The notes under the pieces were generated by a model. It worked only from the letters and a program-made list of their open reading frames with translations. It ran no database searches and was not told the DNA's origin. A stretch of DNA of 64,000 bases from NCBI GenBank assembly GCA_043228905.1, contig JBHGNT010000025.1, forward strand, positions 248,001 to 312,000. The letters run 5' to 3'. Below, one piece after another: positions 25,611 through 41,500 of the stretch (within the stretch, counting starts at the first letter, position 1; each line of letters begins with the position of its first letter). A program made the translations under genes and the position numbers. This stretch comes from Azolla caroliniana. Taxonomy: Eukaryota > Plantae > Polypodiophyta.

Positions 25611-28600
25611 GCTATCAACACTAGCTATTCTATGGAACTAAAAAATCAAGATTTTGAAACTCAGGTCGAGAGATATGAAGAAATTAGCAATCTTGAGGAG
25701 GGAGTTGAGAGGAGCCCTTGAGTAAATTAAAATGTTCATACCTGGCTCGTGTGATATCGGATTTTTGTGTTCAAACATGCGAATCGAAGCTAACAACGCT
25801 AGCTATGACATGGTATTAAAAAATCAAGAGTTTGAAACTCAGGTGGAGAGACATGACGAAATTACCTAATTTGAGGAGTGAGTTGAGAGGAGCCCTTGAG
25901 TACATTAAAATGTTCATACCTGGCTCGTGTAATATCGGATTTTTGTGTTCAAACATGCGAATCGAAGCTAACAATGCTAGCTATTATATGGACCTAAAAA
26001 ATCAAGATTTTGAAACTCAGGTCGAGAGATATGAAGAAATTAGCAATCTTGAGGAGGGAGTTGAGAGGAGCCCTTGAGTACATTAAAATGTTCATACCTG
26101 GCGCGTGTGATATCGGATTTTTGTGTTCAAACATGCGAATCGAAGCTAACAACGGTAGCTATGATATGGAACTAAAAAATCAAGATTTTGAAACTCAGGT
26201 CGAGAGACATGAAGAAATTAGCAATCTTGAGGAGGGAGTTGAGAGGAGCCCTTGAGTATATTAAAATGTTTATACCTGGCTCGTGTGATATCGGATTTTT
26301 GTGTTCAAACATGCGAATCGAAGCTAACAATGCTAGCTATTATATGGAACTAAAAAATCAAGATTTTGAAACTCAGGTCGAGAGATATGAAGAAATTAGC
26401 AATCTTGAGGAGGGAGTTGAGAGGAGCCCTTGAGTACATTAAAATGTTCATACCTGGCGCGTGTGATATCGGATTTTTGTGTTCAAACATGCGAATCGAA
26501 GCTAACAACGCTAGCTATTATATGGAACTAAAAAATCAAGATTTTGAAACTCAGGTCGAGAGATATGAAGAAATTAGCAATCTTGAGGAGGGAGTTGGGA
26601 GGAGCCCTTGAGTAAATTAAAATGTTCATACCTGGCTCGTGTGATATCGGATTTTTGTGTTCAAACATGCGAATCGAAGCTCACAACGCTAGCTATGATA
26701 TGGTATTAAAAAATCATGATTTTGAAATTGAGGTCGAGAGACATGAAGAAATTAGCAATCTTGAGGAGGAAGTTGAAAGGAGCCCTTCAGTAAATTAAAA
26801 TGTTCATACCTGGCTCGTGTGATATCGGATTTTTGTGTTCAAACATGTGAACGCAGCTAACAACGCTAGCTATGACATGGTATTAAGAAATCAAGATTTT
26901 GAAACTCAGGTCGAGAGATATTACGAAATTACCTACTTTGAGGAGGGAGTTGAGACGACCTAGTAGGTAAATTAAAATGTTCATACCTGGCTCGTGTGAT
27001 ATCGGATTTTTGTGTTCAAACATGCGAATCGAAGCTAACAACGCTAGCTATTATATGGAACGAAAAAATCAAGATTTTGAGACTCAGGTCGAGAGATATG
27101 AAGAAATTAGCAATCTTGAGGAGGGAGTTGAGAGGAGCACTTGAGTATATTAAAATGTTTATACCTGGCTCGTGTGATATCGGATTTTTGTGTTCAAACA
27201 TGCGAATCGAAGCTAACAATGCTAGCTATTATATGGAACTAAAAAATCAAGATTTTGAAACTCAGGTCGAGAGATATGAAGAAATTAGCAATCTTGAGGA
27301 GGGAGTTGAGAGGAGCCCTTGAGTACATTATTATGTTCATACCTGGCGCGTGTGATATCGGATTTTTGTGTTCAAACATGCGAATCGAAGCTAACAACAC
27401 TAGCTATTCTATGGAACTAAAAAATCAAGATTTTGAAACTCAGGTCGAGAGATATGAAGAAATTAGCAATCTTGAGGAGGGAGTTGAGAGGAGCCCTTGA
27501 GTACATTATTATGTTCATACCTGGCGCGTGTGATATCGGATTTTTGTGTTCAAACATGCGAATCGAAGCTATCAACACTAGCTATTCTATGGAACTAAAA
27601 AATCAAGATTTTGAAACTCAGGTCGAGAGATATGAAGAAATTAGCAATCTTGAGGAGGGAGTTGAGAGGAGCCCTTGAGTAAATTAAAATGTTCATACCT
27701 GGCTCGTGTGATATCGGATTTTTGTGTTCAAACATGCGAATCGAAGCTAACAACGCTAGCTATGACATGGTATTAAAAAATCAAGAGTTTGAAACTCAGG
27801 TGGAGAGACATGACGAAATTACCTAATTTGAGGAGTGAGTTGAGAGGAGCCCTTGAGTACATTAAAATGTTCATACCTGGCTCGTGTAATATCGGATTTT
27901 TGTGTTCAAACATGCGAATCGAAGCTAACAATGCTAGCTATTATATGGACCTAAAAAATCAAGATTTTGAAACTCAGGTCGAGAGATATGAAGAAATTAG
28001 CAATCTTGAGGAGGGAGTTGAGAGGAGCCCTTGAGTACATTAAAATGTTCATACCTGGCGCGTGTGATATCGGATTTTTGTGTTCAAACATGCGAATCGA
28101 AGCTAACAACGGTAGCTATGATATGGAACTAAAAAATCAAGATTTTGAAACTCAGGTCGAGAGACATGAAGAAATTAGCAATCTTGAGGAGGGAGTTGAG
28201 AGGAGCCCTTGAGTATATTAAAATGTTTATACCTGGCTCGTGTGATATCGGATTTTTGTGTTCAAACATGCGAATCGAAGCTAACAATGCTAGCTATTAT
28301 ATGGAACTAAAAAATCAAGATTTTGAAACTCAGGTCGAGAGATATGAAGAAATTAGCAATCTTGAGGAGGGAGTTGAGAGGAGCCCTTGAGTACATTAAA
28401 ATGTTCATACCTGGCGCGTGTGATATCGGATTTTTGTGTTCAAACATGCGAATCGAAGCTAACAACGCTAGCTATTATATGGAACTAAAAAATCAAGATT
28501 TTGAAACTCAGGTCGAGAGATATGAAGAAATTAGCAATCTTGAGGAGGGAGTTGGGAGGAGCCCTTGAGTAAATTAAAATGTTCATACCTGGCTCGTGTG

Positions 28601-29510
28601 ATATCGGATTTTTGTGTTCAAACATGCGAATCGAAGCTCACAACGCTAGCTATGATATGGTATTAAAAAATCATGATTTTGAAATTGAGGTCGAGAGACA
28701 TGAAGAAATTAGCAATCTTGAGGAGGAAGTTGAAAGGAGCCCTTCAGTAAATTAAAATGTTCATACCTGGCTCGTGTGATATCGGATTTTTGTGTTCAAA
28801 CATGTGAACGCAGCTAACAACGCTAGCTATGACATGGTATTAAGAAATCAAGATTTTGAAACTCAGGTCGAGAGATATTACGAAATTACCTACTTTGAGG
28901 AGGGAGTTGAGACGACCTAGTAGGTAAATTAAAATGTTCATACCTGGCTCGTGTGATATCGGATTTTTGTGTTCAAACATGCGAATCGAAGCTAACAACG
29001 CTAGCTATTATATGGAACTAAAAAATCAAGATTTTGAGACTCAGGTCGAGCGATATGAAGAAATTAGCAATCTTGAGGAGGGAGTTGAGAGGAGCACTTG
29101 AGTATATTAAAATGTTTATACCTGGCTCGTGTGATATCGGATTTTTGTGTTCAAACATGCGAATCGAAGCTAACAATGCTAGCTATTATATGGAACTAAA
29201 AAATCAAGATTTTGAAACTCAGGTCGAGAGATATGAAGAAATTAGCAATCTTGAGGAGGGAGTTGAGAGGAGCCCTTGAGTACATTATTATGTTCATACC
29301 TGGCGCGTGTGATATCGGATTTTTGTGTTCAAACATGCGAATCGAAGCTAACAACACTAGCTATTCTATGGAACTAAAAAATCAAGATTTTGAAACTCAG
29401 GTCGAGAGATATGAAGAAATTAGCAATCTTGAGGAGGGAGTTGAGAGGAGCCCTTGAGTACATTATTATGTTCATACCTGGCGCGTGTGATATCGGATTT
29501 TTGTGTTCAA
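25560..29510. repeat. 11-mer HOR, 1957 bp, 2 tandem copies
   Basis: 25832/27789, 26366/28323, 27255/29212; 11x178-1. Confidence 0.9.
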
Positions 29511-32500
29511 ACATGCGAATCGAAGCTCACAACGCTAGCTATTCTATGGAAATAAAAAATCAAGATTTTGAAACTCAGGTCGAGAGATATGAAGAAATTA
29601 GCAATCTTGAGGAGGGAGTTGAGAGGAGCCCTTGAGTAAATTAAAATGTTCATACCTGGCTCGTGTGATATCGGATTTTTGTGTTCAAACATGCGAATCG
29701 AAGCTCACAACGCTAGCTATGATATGGTATTAAAAAATCATGATTTTGAAATTGAGGTCGAGAGACATGAAGAAATTAGCAATCTTGAGGAGGGAGTTGA
29801 GAGGAGCCCTTGAGTAAATTAAAATGTTCATACCTGGCTCGTGTGATATCGGATTTTTGTGTTCAAACATGTGAATCGCAGCTAACAACGCTAGCTATGA
29901 CATGGTATTAAGAAATCAAGATTTTGAAACTCAGGTCGAGAGACATGACGAAATTACCTAATTTGAGGAGGGAGTTGAGACGACCTAGTAGGTAAATTAA
30001 AATGTTCATACCTGGCTCGTGTGATATCGGATTTTTGTGTTCAAACATGCGAATCAAAGCTAACAACGCTAGCTATGATATGGAACTAAAAAATCAAGAT
30101 TTTGAAACTCAGGTCGAGAGACATGACGAAATTACCAAATTGGAGGAGGGAGTTGAGAGGAGCCCTTGAGTATATTAAAATGTTCATACCTGGCGTGTGT
30201 GATATCGGATTTTTGTGTTCAAACATGCGAATCAAAGCTAACAACGCTAGCTATGACATGGTATTAAAAAATCAAGATTTTGAAACTCAGGTCGAGAGAT
30301 ATGAAGAAATTAGCAATCTTGAGGAGGGAGTTGAGAGGAGCCCTTGAGTAAATGAAAATGTTCATACCTGGCTCGTGTGATATCGGATTTTTGTGTTCAA
30401 ACATGCGAATCGAAGCTAAAAACGCTAGCTATGATATGGTATTCAAAAATCATGATTTCGAAATTGAGGTCGAGAGACATGAAGAAATTAGCAATCTTGA
30501 GGAGGGAGTTGAGAGGAGCCCTTGAGTACATTAAAATGTTCATACCTGGCGCGTGTGATATCGGATTTTTGTGTTCAAACATGCGAATCGAAGCTAACAA
30601 CGGTAGCTATGATATGGAACTAAAAAATCAAGATTTTGAAACTCAGGTCGAGAGATATGAAGAAATTAGCAATCTTGAGGAGGGAGTTGAGAGGAGCCCT
30701 TGAGTACATTAAAATGTTCATACCTGGCGCGTGTGATATCGGATTTTTGTGTTCAAACATGCGAATCGAAGCTAACAATGCTAGCTATTATATGGAACTA
30801 AAAAATCAAGATTTTGAAACTCAGGTCGAGAGATATGAAGAAATTAGCAATCTTGAGGAGGGAGTTGAGAGGAGCCCTTGAGTACATTATTATGTTCATA
30901 CCTGGCGCGTGTGATATCGGATTTTTGTGTTCAAACATGCGAATCGAAGCTAACAACGGTAGCTATTCTATGGAACTAAAAAATCAAGATTTTGAAACTT
31001 AGGTCGAGAGATATGAAGAAATTAGCAATCTTGAGGAGGGAGTTGAGAGGAGCCCTTGAGTACATTAAAATGTTCATACCTGGCGCGTGTGATATCGGAT
31101 TTTTGTGTTCAAACATGCGAATCGTAGCTAACAACGGTAGCTATGATATGGAACTAAAAAATCAAGATTTTGAAACTCAGGTCGAGAGATATGAAGAAAT
31201 TAGCAATCTTGAGGAGGGAGTTGAGAGGAGCCCTTGAGTACATTATTATGTTCATACCTGGCGCGTGTGATATCGGATTCAAAAATCATGATTTCGAAAT
31301 TGAGGTCGAGAGACATGAAGAAATTAGCAATCTTGAGGAGGGAGTTGAGAGGAGCCCTTGAGTATATTAAAATGTTTATACCTGGCTCGTGTGATATCGG
31401 ATTTTTGTGTTCAAACATGCGAATCGAAGCTAACAACGCTAGCTATGACATGGTATTAAAAAATCAAGAGTTTGAAACTCAGGTGGAGAGACATGACGAA
31501 ATTACCTAATTTGAGGAGTGAGTTCGGAGGAGCCCTTGAGTACATTAAAATGTTCATACCTGGCTCGTGTGATATCGGATTTTTGTGTTCAAACATGCGA
31601 ATCGAAGCTAACAATGCTAGCTATTATATGGAACTAAAAAATCAAGATTTTGAAACTCAGGTCGAGAGATATGAAGAAATTAGCAATCTTGAGGAGGGAG
31701 TTGAGAGGAGCCCTTGAGTACATTAAAATGTTCATACCTGGCGCGTGTGATATCGGATTTTTGTGTTCAAACATGCGAATCGAAGCTAACAATGCTAGCT
31801 ATTATATGGAACTAAAAAATCAAGATTTTGAAACTCAGGTCGAGAGATATGAAGAAATTAGCAATCTTGAGGAGGGAGTTGAGAGGAGCCCTTGAGTACA
31901 TTATTATGTTCATACCTGGCGCGTGTGATATCGGATTTTTGTGTTCAAACATGCGAATCGAAGCTAACAACACTAGCTATTCTATGGAACTAAAAAATCA
32001 AGATTTTGAAACTTAGGTCGAGAGATATGAAGAAATTAGCAATCTTGAGGAGGGAGTTGAGAGGAGCCCTTGAGTACATTAAAATGTTCATACCTGGCGC
32101 GTGTGATATCGGATTTTTGTGTTCAAACATGCGAATCGAAGCTAACAACGGTAGCTATGATATGGAACTAAAAAATCAAGATTTTGAAACTCAGGTCGAG
32201 AGATATGAAGAAATTAGCAATCTTGAGGAGGGAGTTGAGAGGAGCCCTTGAGTACATTAAAATGTTCATACCTGGCGCGTGTGATATCGGATTTTTGTGT
32301 TCAAACATGCGAATCGAAGCTAACAATGCTAGCTATTATATGGAACTGAAAAATCAAGATTTTGAAACTCAGGTCGAGAGATATGAAGAAATTAGCAATC
32401 TTGAGGAGGGAGTTGAGAGGAGCCCTTGAGTACATTATTATGTTCATACCTGGCGCGTGTGATATCGGATTTTTGTGTTCAAACATGCGAATCGAAGCTA

Positions 32501-35500
32501 ACAACACTAGCTATTCTATGGAACTAAAAAATCAAGATTTTGAAACTTAGGTCGAGAGATATGAAGAAATTAGCAATCTTGAGGAGGGAGTTGAGAGGAG
32601 CCCTTGAGTACATTAAAATGTTCATACCTGGCGCGTGTGATATCGGATTTTTGTGTTCAAACATGCGAATCGAAGCTAACAACGGTAGCTATGATATGGA
32701 ACTAAAAAATCAAGATTTTGAAACTCAGGTCGAGAGATATGAAGAAATTAGCAATCTTGAGGAGGGAGTTGAGAGGAGCCCTTGAGTACATTATTATGTT
32801 CATACCTGGCGCGTGTGATATCGGATTCAAAAATCATGATTTCGAAATTGAGGTCGAGAGACATGAAGAAATTAGCAATCTTGAGGAGGGAGTTGAGAGG
32901 AGCCCTTGAGTATATTAAAATGTTTATACCTGGCTCGTGTGATATCGGATTTTTGTGTTCAAACATGCGAATCGAAGCTAACAACGCTAGCTATGACATG
33001 GTATTAAAAAATCAAGAGTTTGAAACTCAGGTGGAGAGACATGACGAAATTACCTAATTTGAGGAGTGAGTTCGGAGGAGCCCTTGAGTACATTAAAATG
33101 TTCATACCTGGCTCGTGTGATATCGGATTTTTGTGTTCAAACATGCGAATCGAAGCTAACAATGCTAGCTATTATATGGAACTAAAAAATCAAGATTTTG
33201 AAACTCAGGTCGAGAGATATGAAGAAATTAGCAATCTTGAGGAGGGAGTTGAGAGGAGCCCTTGAGTACATTAAAATGTTCATACCTGGCGCGTGTGATA
33301 TCGGATTTTTGTGTTCAAACATGCGAATCGAAGCTAACAACGGTAGCTATGATATGGAACTAAAAAATCAAGATTTTGAAACTCAGGTCGAGAGACATGA
33401 AGAAATTAGCAATCTTGAGGAGGGAGTTGAGAGGAGCCCTTCAGTATATTAAAATGTTTATACCTGGCTCGTGTGATATCGGATTTTTGTGTTCAAACAT
33501 GCGAATCGAAGCTAACAATGCTAGCTATTATATGGAACTAAAAAATCAAGATTTTGAAACTCAGGTCGAGAGATATGAAGAAATTAGCAATCTTGAGGAG
33601 GGAGTTGAGAGGAGCCCTTGAGTACATTAAAATGTTCATACCTGGCGCGTGTGATATCGGATTTTTGTGTTCAAACATGCGAATCGAAGCTAACAACGCT
33701 AGCTATTATATGGAACTAAAAAATCAAGATTGTGAAACTCAGGTCGAGAGATATGAAGAAATTAGCAATCTTGAGGAGGGAGTTGAGAGGAGCCCTTGAG
33801 TAAATTAAAATGTTCATACCTGGCTCGTGTGATATCGGATTTTTGTGTTCAAACATGCGAATCGAAGCTCACAACGCTAGCTATGATATGGTATTAAAAA
33901 ATCATGATTTTGAAATTGAGGTCGAGAGACATGAAGAAATTAGCAATCTTGAGGAGGGAGTTGAGAGGAGCCCTTCAGTACATTAAAATGTTCATACCTG
34001 GCACGTGTGATATCGGATTTTTGTGTTCAAACATGCGAATCGAAGCTAACAACGGTAGCTATGATATGGAACTAAAAAATCAAGATTTTGAAACTCAGGT
34101 CGAGAGACATGAAGAAATTAGCAATCTTGAGGAGGGAGTTGAGAGGAGCCCTTCAGTATATTAAAATGTTTATACCTGGCTCGTGTGATATCGGATTTTT
34201 GTGTTCAAACATGCGAATCGAAGCTAACAATGCTAGCTATTATATGGAACTAAAAAATCAAGATTTTGAAACTCAGGTCGAGAGATATGAAGAAATTAGC
34301 AATCTTGAGGAGGGAGTTGAGAGGAGCCCTTGAGTACATTAAAATGTTCATACCTGGCGCGTGTGATATCGGATTTTTGTGTTCAAACATGCGAATCGAA
34401 GCTAACAACGCTAGCTATGACATGGTATTAAGAAATCAAGATTTTGAAACTCAGGTCGAGAGATATTACGAAATTACCTACTTTGAGGAGGGAGTTGAGA
34501 CGACCTAGTAGGTAAATTAAAATGTTCATACCTGGCTCGTGTGATATCGGATTTTTGTGTTCAAACATGCGAATCGAAGCTAACAACGCTAGCTATTATA
34601 TGGAACTAAAAAAGCAAGATTTTGAGACTCAGGTCGAGAGATATGAAGAAATTAGCAATCTTGAGGAGGGAGTTGAGAGGAGCACTTGAGTATATTAAAA
34701 TGTTTATACCTGGCTCGTGTGATATCGGATTTTTGTGTTCAAACATGCGAATCGAAGCTAACAACGCTAGCTATGACATGTTATTAAAAAATCAAGATTT
34801 TGAAACTCAGGTAGAGAGACATGACGAAATTACCTAATTTGAGGACTAAGTTGAGACGACCTAGTAGGTAAATTAAAATGTTCATACCTGGCTCGTGTGA
34901 TATCGGATTTTTGTGTTCAAACATGCGAATCGAAGCTCACAACGCTAGCTATTCTATGGAACTAAAAAATCAAGATTTTGAAACTCAGGTCGAGAGATAC
35001 GAAGAAATTAGCAATCTTGAGGAGGGAGTTGAGAGGAGCCCTTGAGTATATTAAAATATTTATACCTGGCTCGTGTGATATCGGATTTTTGTGTTCAAAC
35101 ATGCGAATCGAAGCTAACAACGCTAGCTATGACATGGTATTAAAAAATCAAGAGTTTGAAACTCAGGTGGAGAGACATGACGAAATTACCTAATTTGAGG
35201 AGTGAGTTGAGAGGAGCCCTTGAGTACATTAAAATGTTCATACCTGGCTCGTGTGATATCGGATTTTTGTGTTCAAACATGCGAATCGAAGCTAACAATA
35301 CTAGCTATTATATGGACCTAAAAAATCAAGATTTTGAAACTTAGGTCGAGAGATATGAAGAAATTAGCAATCTTGAGGAGGGAGTTGAGAGGAGCCCTTG
35401 AGTACATTAAAATGTTCATACCTGGCGCGTGTGATATCGGATTTTTGTGTTCAAACATGCGAATCGAAGCTAACAACGGTAGCTATGATATGGAACTAAA

Positions 35501-38500
35501 AAATCAAGATTTTGAAACTCAGGTCGAGAGATATGAAGAAATTAGCAATCTTGAGGAGGGAGTTGAGAGGAGCCCTTGAGTACATTATTATGTTCATACC
35601 TGGCGCGTGTGATATCGGATTCAAAAATCATGATTTCGAAATTGAGGTCGAGAGACATGAAGAAATTAGCAATCTTGAGGAGGGAGTTGAGAGGAGCCCT
35701 TGAGTATATTAAAATGTTTATACCTGGCTCGTGTGATATCGGATTTTTGTGTTCAAACATGCGAATCGAAGCTAACAACGCTAGCTATGACATGGTATTA
35801 AAAAATCAAGAGTTTGAAACTCAGGTGGAGAGACATGACGAAATTACCTAATTTGAGGAGTGAGTTCGGAGGAGCCCTTGAGTACATTAAAATGTTCATA
35901 CCTGGCTCGTGTGATATCGGATTTTTGTGTTCAAACATGCGAATCGAAGCTAACAATGCTAGCTATTATATGGAACTAAAAAATCAAGATTTTGAAACTC
36001 AGGTCGAGAGATATGAAGAAATTAGCAATCTTGAGGAGGGAGTTGAGAGGAGCCCTTGAGTACATTAAAATGTTCATACCTGGCGCGTGTGATATCGGAT
36101 TTTTGTGTTCAAACATGCGAATCGAAGCTAACAATGCTAGCTATTATATGGAACTGAAAAATCAAGATTTTGAAACTCAGGTCGAGAGATATGAAGAAAT
36201 TAGCAATCTTGAGGAGGGAGTTGAGAGGAGCCCTTGAGTACATTATTATGTTCATACCTGGCGCGTGTGATATCGGATTTTTGTGTTCAAACATGCGAAT
36301 CGAAGCTAACAACACTAGCTATTCTATGGAACTAAAAAATCAAGATTTTGAAACTTAGGTCGAGAGATATGAAGAAATTAGCAATCTTGAGGAGGGAGTT
36401 GAGAGGAGCCCTTGAGTACATTAAAATGTTCATACCTGGCGCGTGTGATATCGGATTTTTGTGTTCAAACATGCGAATCGAAGCTAACAACGGTAGCTAT
36501 GATATGGAACTAAAAAATCAAGATTTTGAAACTCAGGTCGAGAGATATGAAGAAATTAGCAATCTTGAGGAGGGAGTTGAGAGGAGCCCTTGAGTACATT
36601 ATTATGTTCATACCTGGCGCGTGTGATATCGGATTCAAAAATCATGATTTCGAAATTGAGGTCGAGAGACATGAAGAAATTAGCAATCTTGAGGAGGGAG
36701 TTGAGAGGAGCCCTTGAGTATATTAAAATGTTTATACCTGGCTCGTGTGATATCGGATTTTTGTGTTCAAACATGCGAATCGAAGCTAACAACGCTAGCT
36801 ATGACATGGTATTAAAAAATCAAGAGTTTGAAACTCAGGTGGAGAGACATGACGAAATTACCTAATTTGAGGAGTGAGTTCGGAGGAGCCCTTGAGTACA
36901 TTAAAATGTTCATACCTGGCTCGTGTGATATCGGATTTTTGTGTTCAAACATGCGAATCGAAGCTAACAATGCTAGCTATTATATGGAACTAAAAAATCA
37001 AGATTTTGAAACTCAGGTCGAGAGATATGAAGAAATTAGCAATCTTGAGGAGGGAGTTGAGAGGAGCCCTTGAGTACATTAAAATGTTCATACCTGGCGC
37101 GTGTGATATCGGATTTTTGTGTTCAAACATGCGAATCGAAGCTAACAATGCTAGCTATTATATGGAACTAAAAAATCAAGATTTTGAAACTCAGGTCGAG
37201 AGATATGAAGAAATTAGCAATCTTGAGGAGGGAGTTGAGAGGAGCCCTTGAGTACATTATTATGTTCATACCTGGCGCGTGTGATATCGGATTTTTGTGT
37301 TCAAACATGCGAATCGAAGCTAACAACACTAGCTATTCTATGGAACTAAAAAATCAAGATTTTGAAACTCAGGTCGAGAGATATGAAGAAATTAGCAATC
37401 TTGAGGAGGGAGTTGAGAGGAGCCCTTGAGTACATTATTATGTTCATACCTGGCGCGTGTGATATCGGATTTTTGTGTTCAAACATGCGAATCGAAGCTC
37501 ACAACGCTAGCTATTCTATGGAACTAAAAAATCAAGATTTTGAAACTCAGGTCGAGAGATATGAAGAAATTAGCAATCTTGAGGAGGGAGTTGAGAGGAG
37601 CCCTTGAGTAAATTAAAATGTTCATACCTGGCTCGTGTGATATCAGATTTTTGTGTTCAAACATGCGAATCGAAGCTCACAACGCTAGCTATGATATGGT
37701 ATTAAAAAATCATGATTTTGAAATTGAGGTCGAGAGACATGAAGAAATTAGCAATCTTGAGGAGGGAGTTGAGAGGAGCCCTTGAGTAAATTAAAATGTT
37801 CATACCTGGCTCGTGTGATATCGGATTTTTGTGTTCAAACATGTGAATCGCAGCTAACAACGCTAGCTATGACATGGTATTAAGAAATCAAGATTTTGAA
37901 ACTCAGGTCGAGAGACATGACGAAATTACCTAATTTGAGGAGGGAGTTGAGACGACCTAGTAGGTAAATTAAAATGTTCATACCTGGCTCGTGTGATATC
38001 GGATTTTTGTGTTCAAACATGCGAATCAAAGCTAACAACGCTAGCTATGATATGGAACTAAAAAATCAAGATTTTGAAACTCAGGTCGAGAGACATGACG
38101 AAATTACCAAATTGGAGGAGGGAGTTGAGAGGAGCCCTTGAGTATATTAAAATGTTCATACCTGGCGTGTGTGATATCGGATTTTTGTGTTCAAACATGC
38201 GAATCAAAGCTAACAACGCTAGCTATGACATGGTATTAAAAAATCAAGATTTTGAAACTCAGGTCGAGAGATATGAAGAAATTAGCAATCTTGAGGAGGG
38301 AGTTGAGAGGAGCCCTTGAGTAAATGAAAATGTTCATACCTGGCTCGTGTGATATCGGATTTTTGTGTTCAAACATGCGAATCGAAGCTAAAAACGCTAG
38401 CTATGATATGGTATTCAAAAATCATGATTTCGAAATTGAGGTCGAGAGACATGAAGAAATTAGCAATCTTGAGGAGGGAGTTGAGAGGAGCCCTTGAGTA

Positions 38501-41500
38501 CATTAAAATGTTCATACCTGGCGCGTGTGATATCGGATTTTTGTGTTCAAACATGCGAATCGAAGCTAACAACGGTAGCTATGATATGGAACTAAAAAAT
38601 CAAGATTTTGAAACTCAGGTCGAGAGATATGAAGAAATTAGCAATCTTGAGGAGGGAGTTGAGAGGAGCCCTTGAGTATATTAAAATGTTTATACCTCGC
38701 TCGTGTGATATCGCATTTTTGTGTTCAAACATGCGAATCGAAGCTAACAACGCTAGCTATGACATGGTATTAAAAAATCAAGATTTTGAAACTCAGGTCG
38801 AGAGACATGACGAAATTACCTAATTTGAGGAGTGAGTTGAGACGACCTAGTAGGTAAATTAAAATGTTCATACCTGGCTCGTGTGATATCGGATTTTTGT
38901 GTTCAAACATGTGAATCAAGCTAAAAACGCTAGCTATGATATGGTATTAAAAAATCAAGATTTTGAAACTCAGGTCGAGAGATATGAAGAAATTAGCAAT
39001 CTTGAGGAGGGAGTTGAGAGGAGCCATTGAGTAAATTAAAATGTTCATACATGGCTCGTGTGATATCGGATTTTTGTGTTCAAACATGTGAACCGAAGCT
39101 AACAACGCTAGCTATTCTATGGAACTAAAAAATCAAGATTTTGAAACTCAGGTCGAGAGATATGAAGAAATTAGCAATCTTGAGGAGGGAGTTGAGAGGA
39201 GCCCTTGAGTATATTAAAATGTTTATACCTGGCTCGTGTGATATCGGATTTTTGTGTTCAAACATGCGCATCGAAGCTAACAACGCTAGCTATGACATGG
39301 TATTAAAAAATCAAGAGTTTGAAACTCAGGTGGAGAGACATGACGAAATTACCTAATTTGAGGAGTGAGTTGAGAGGAGCCCTTGAGTACATTAAAATGT
39401 TCATACCTGGCTCGTGTGATATCGGATTTTTGTGTTCAAACATGCGAATCGAAGCTAACAATGCTAGCTATTATATGGACCTAAAAAATCAAGATTTTGA
39501 AACTCAGGTCGAGAGATATGAAGAAATTAGCAATCTTGAGGAGGGAGTTGAGAGGAGCCCTTGAGTACATTAAAATGTTCATACCTGGCGCGTGTGATAT
39601 CGGATTTTTGTGTTCAAACATGCGAATCGAAGCTCACAACGCTAGCTATTATATCGTATTAAAAAATCAAGATTTTGAAACTCAGGTCGAGAGATATGAA
39701 GAAATTAGCAATCTTGAGGAGGGAGTTGAGAGGAGCCCTTGAGTACATTAAAATGTTCATACCTGGCGCGTGTGATATCGGATTTTTGTGTTCAAACATG
39801 CGAATCGAAGCTATCAACACTAGCTATTCTATGGAACTAAAAAATCAAGATTTTGAAACTCAGGTCGAGAGATATGAAGAAATTAGCAATCTTGAGGAGG
39901 GAGTTGAGAGGAGCCCTTGAGTAAATTAAAATGTTCATACCTGGCTCGTGTGATATCGGATTTTTGTGTTCAAACATGCGAATCGAAGCTAACAACGCTA
40001 GCTATGACATGGTATTAAAAAATCAAGAGTTTGAAACTCAGGTGGAGAGACATGACGAAATTACCTAATTTGAGGAGTGAGTTGAGAGGAGCCCTTGAGT
40101 ACATTAAAATGTTCATACCTGGCTCGTGTAATATCGGATTTTTGTGTTCAAACATGCGAATCGAAGCTAACAATGCTAGCTATTATATGGACCTAAAAAA
40201 TCAAGATTTTGAAACTCAGGTCGAGAGATATGAAGAAATTAGCAATCTTGAGGAGGGAGTTGAGAGGAGCCCTTGAGTACATTAAAATGTTCATACCTGG
40301 CGCGTGTGATATCGGATTTTTGTGTTCAAACATGCGAATCGAAGCTAACAACGGTAGCTATGATATGGAACTAAAAAATCAAGATTTTGAAACTCAGGTC
40401 GAGAGACATGAAGAAATTAGCAATCTTGAGGAGGGAGTTGAGAGGAGCCCTTGAGTATATTAAAATGTTTATACCTGGCTCGTGTGATATCGGATTTTTG
40501 TGTTCAAACATGCGAATCGAAGCTAACAATGCTAGCTATTATATGGAACTAAAAAATCAAGATTTTGAAACTCAGGTCGAGAGATATGAAGAAATTAGCA
40601 ATCTTGAGGAGGGAGTTGAGAGGAGCCCTTGAGTACATTAAAATGTTCATACCTGGCGCGTGTGATATCGGATTTTTGTGTTCAAACATGCGAATCGAAG
40701 CTAACAACGCTAGCTATTATATGGAACTAAAAAATCAAGATTTTGAAACTCAGGTCGAGAGATATGAAGAAATTAGCAATCTTGAGGAGGGAGTTGGGAG
40801 GAGCCCTTGAGTAAATTAAAATGTTCATACCTGGCTCGTGTGATATCGGATTTTTGTGTTCAAACATGCGAATCGAAGCTCACAACGCTAGCTATGATAT
40901 GGTATTAAAAAATCATGATTTTGAAATTGAGGTCGAGAGACATGAAGAAATTAGCAATCTTGAGGAGGAAGTTGAAAGGAGCCCTTCAGTAAATTAAAAT
41001 GTTCATACCTGGCTCGTGTGATATCGGATTTTTGTGTTCAAACATGTGAACGCAGCTAACAACGCTAGCTATGACATGGTATTAAGAAATCAAGATTTTG
41101 AAACTCAGGTCGAGAGATATTACGAAATTACCTACTTTGAGGAGGGAGTTGAGACGACCTAGTAGGTAAATTAAAATGTTCATACCTGGCTCGTGTGATA
41201 TCGGATTTTTGTGTTCAAACATGCGAATCGAAGCTAACAACGCTAGCTATTATATGGAACTAAAAAATCAAGATTTTGAGACTCAGGTCGAGCGATATGA
41301 AGAAATTAGCAATCTTGAGGAGGGAGTTGAGAGGAGCACTTGAGTATATTAAAATGTTTATACCTGGCTCGTGTGATATCGGATTTTTGTGTTCAAACAT
41401 GCGAATCGAAGCTAACAATGCTAGCTATTATATGGAACTAAAAAATCAAGATTTTGAAACTCAGGTCGAGAGATATGAAGAAATTAGCAATCTTGAGGAG

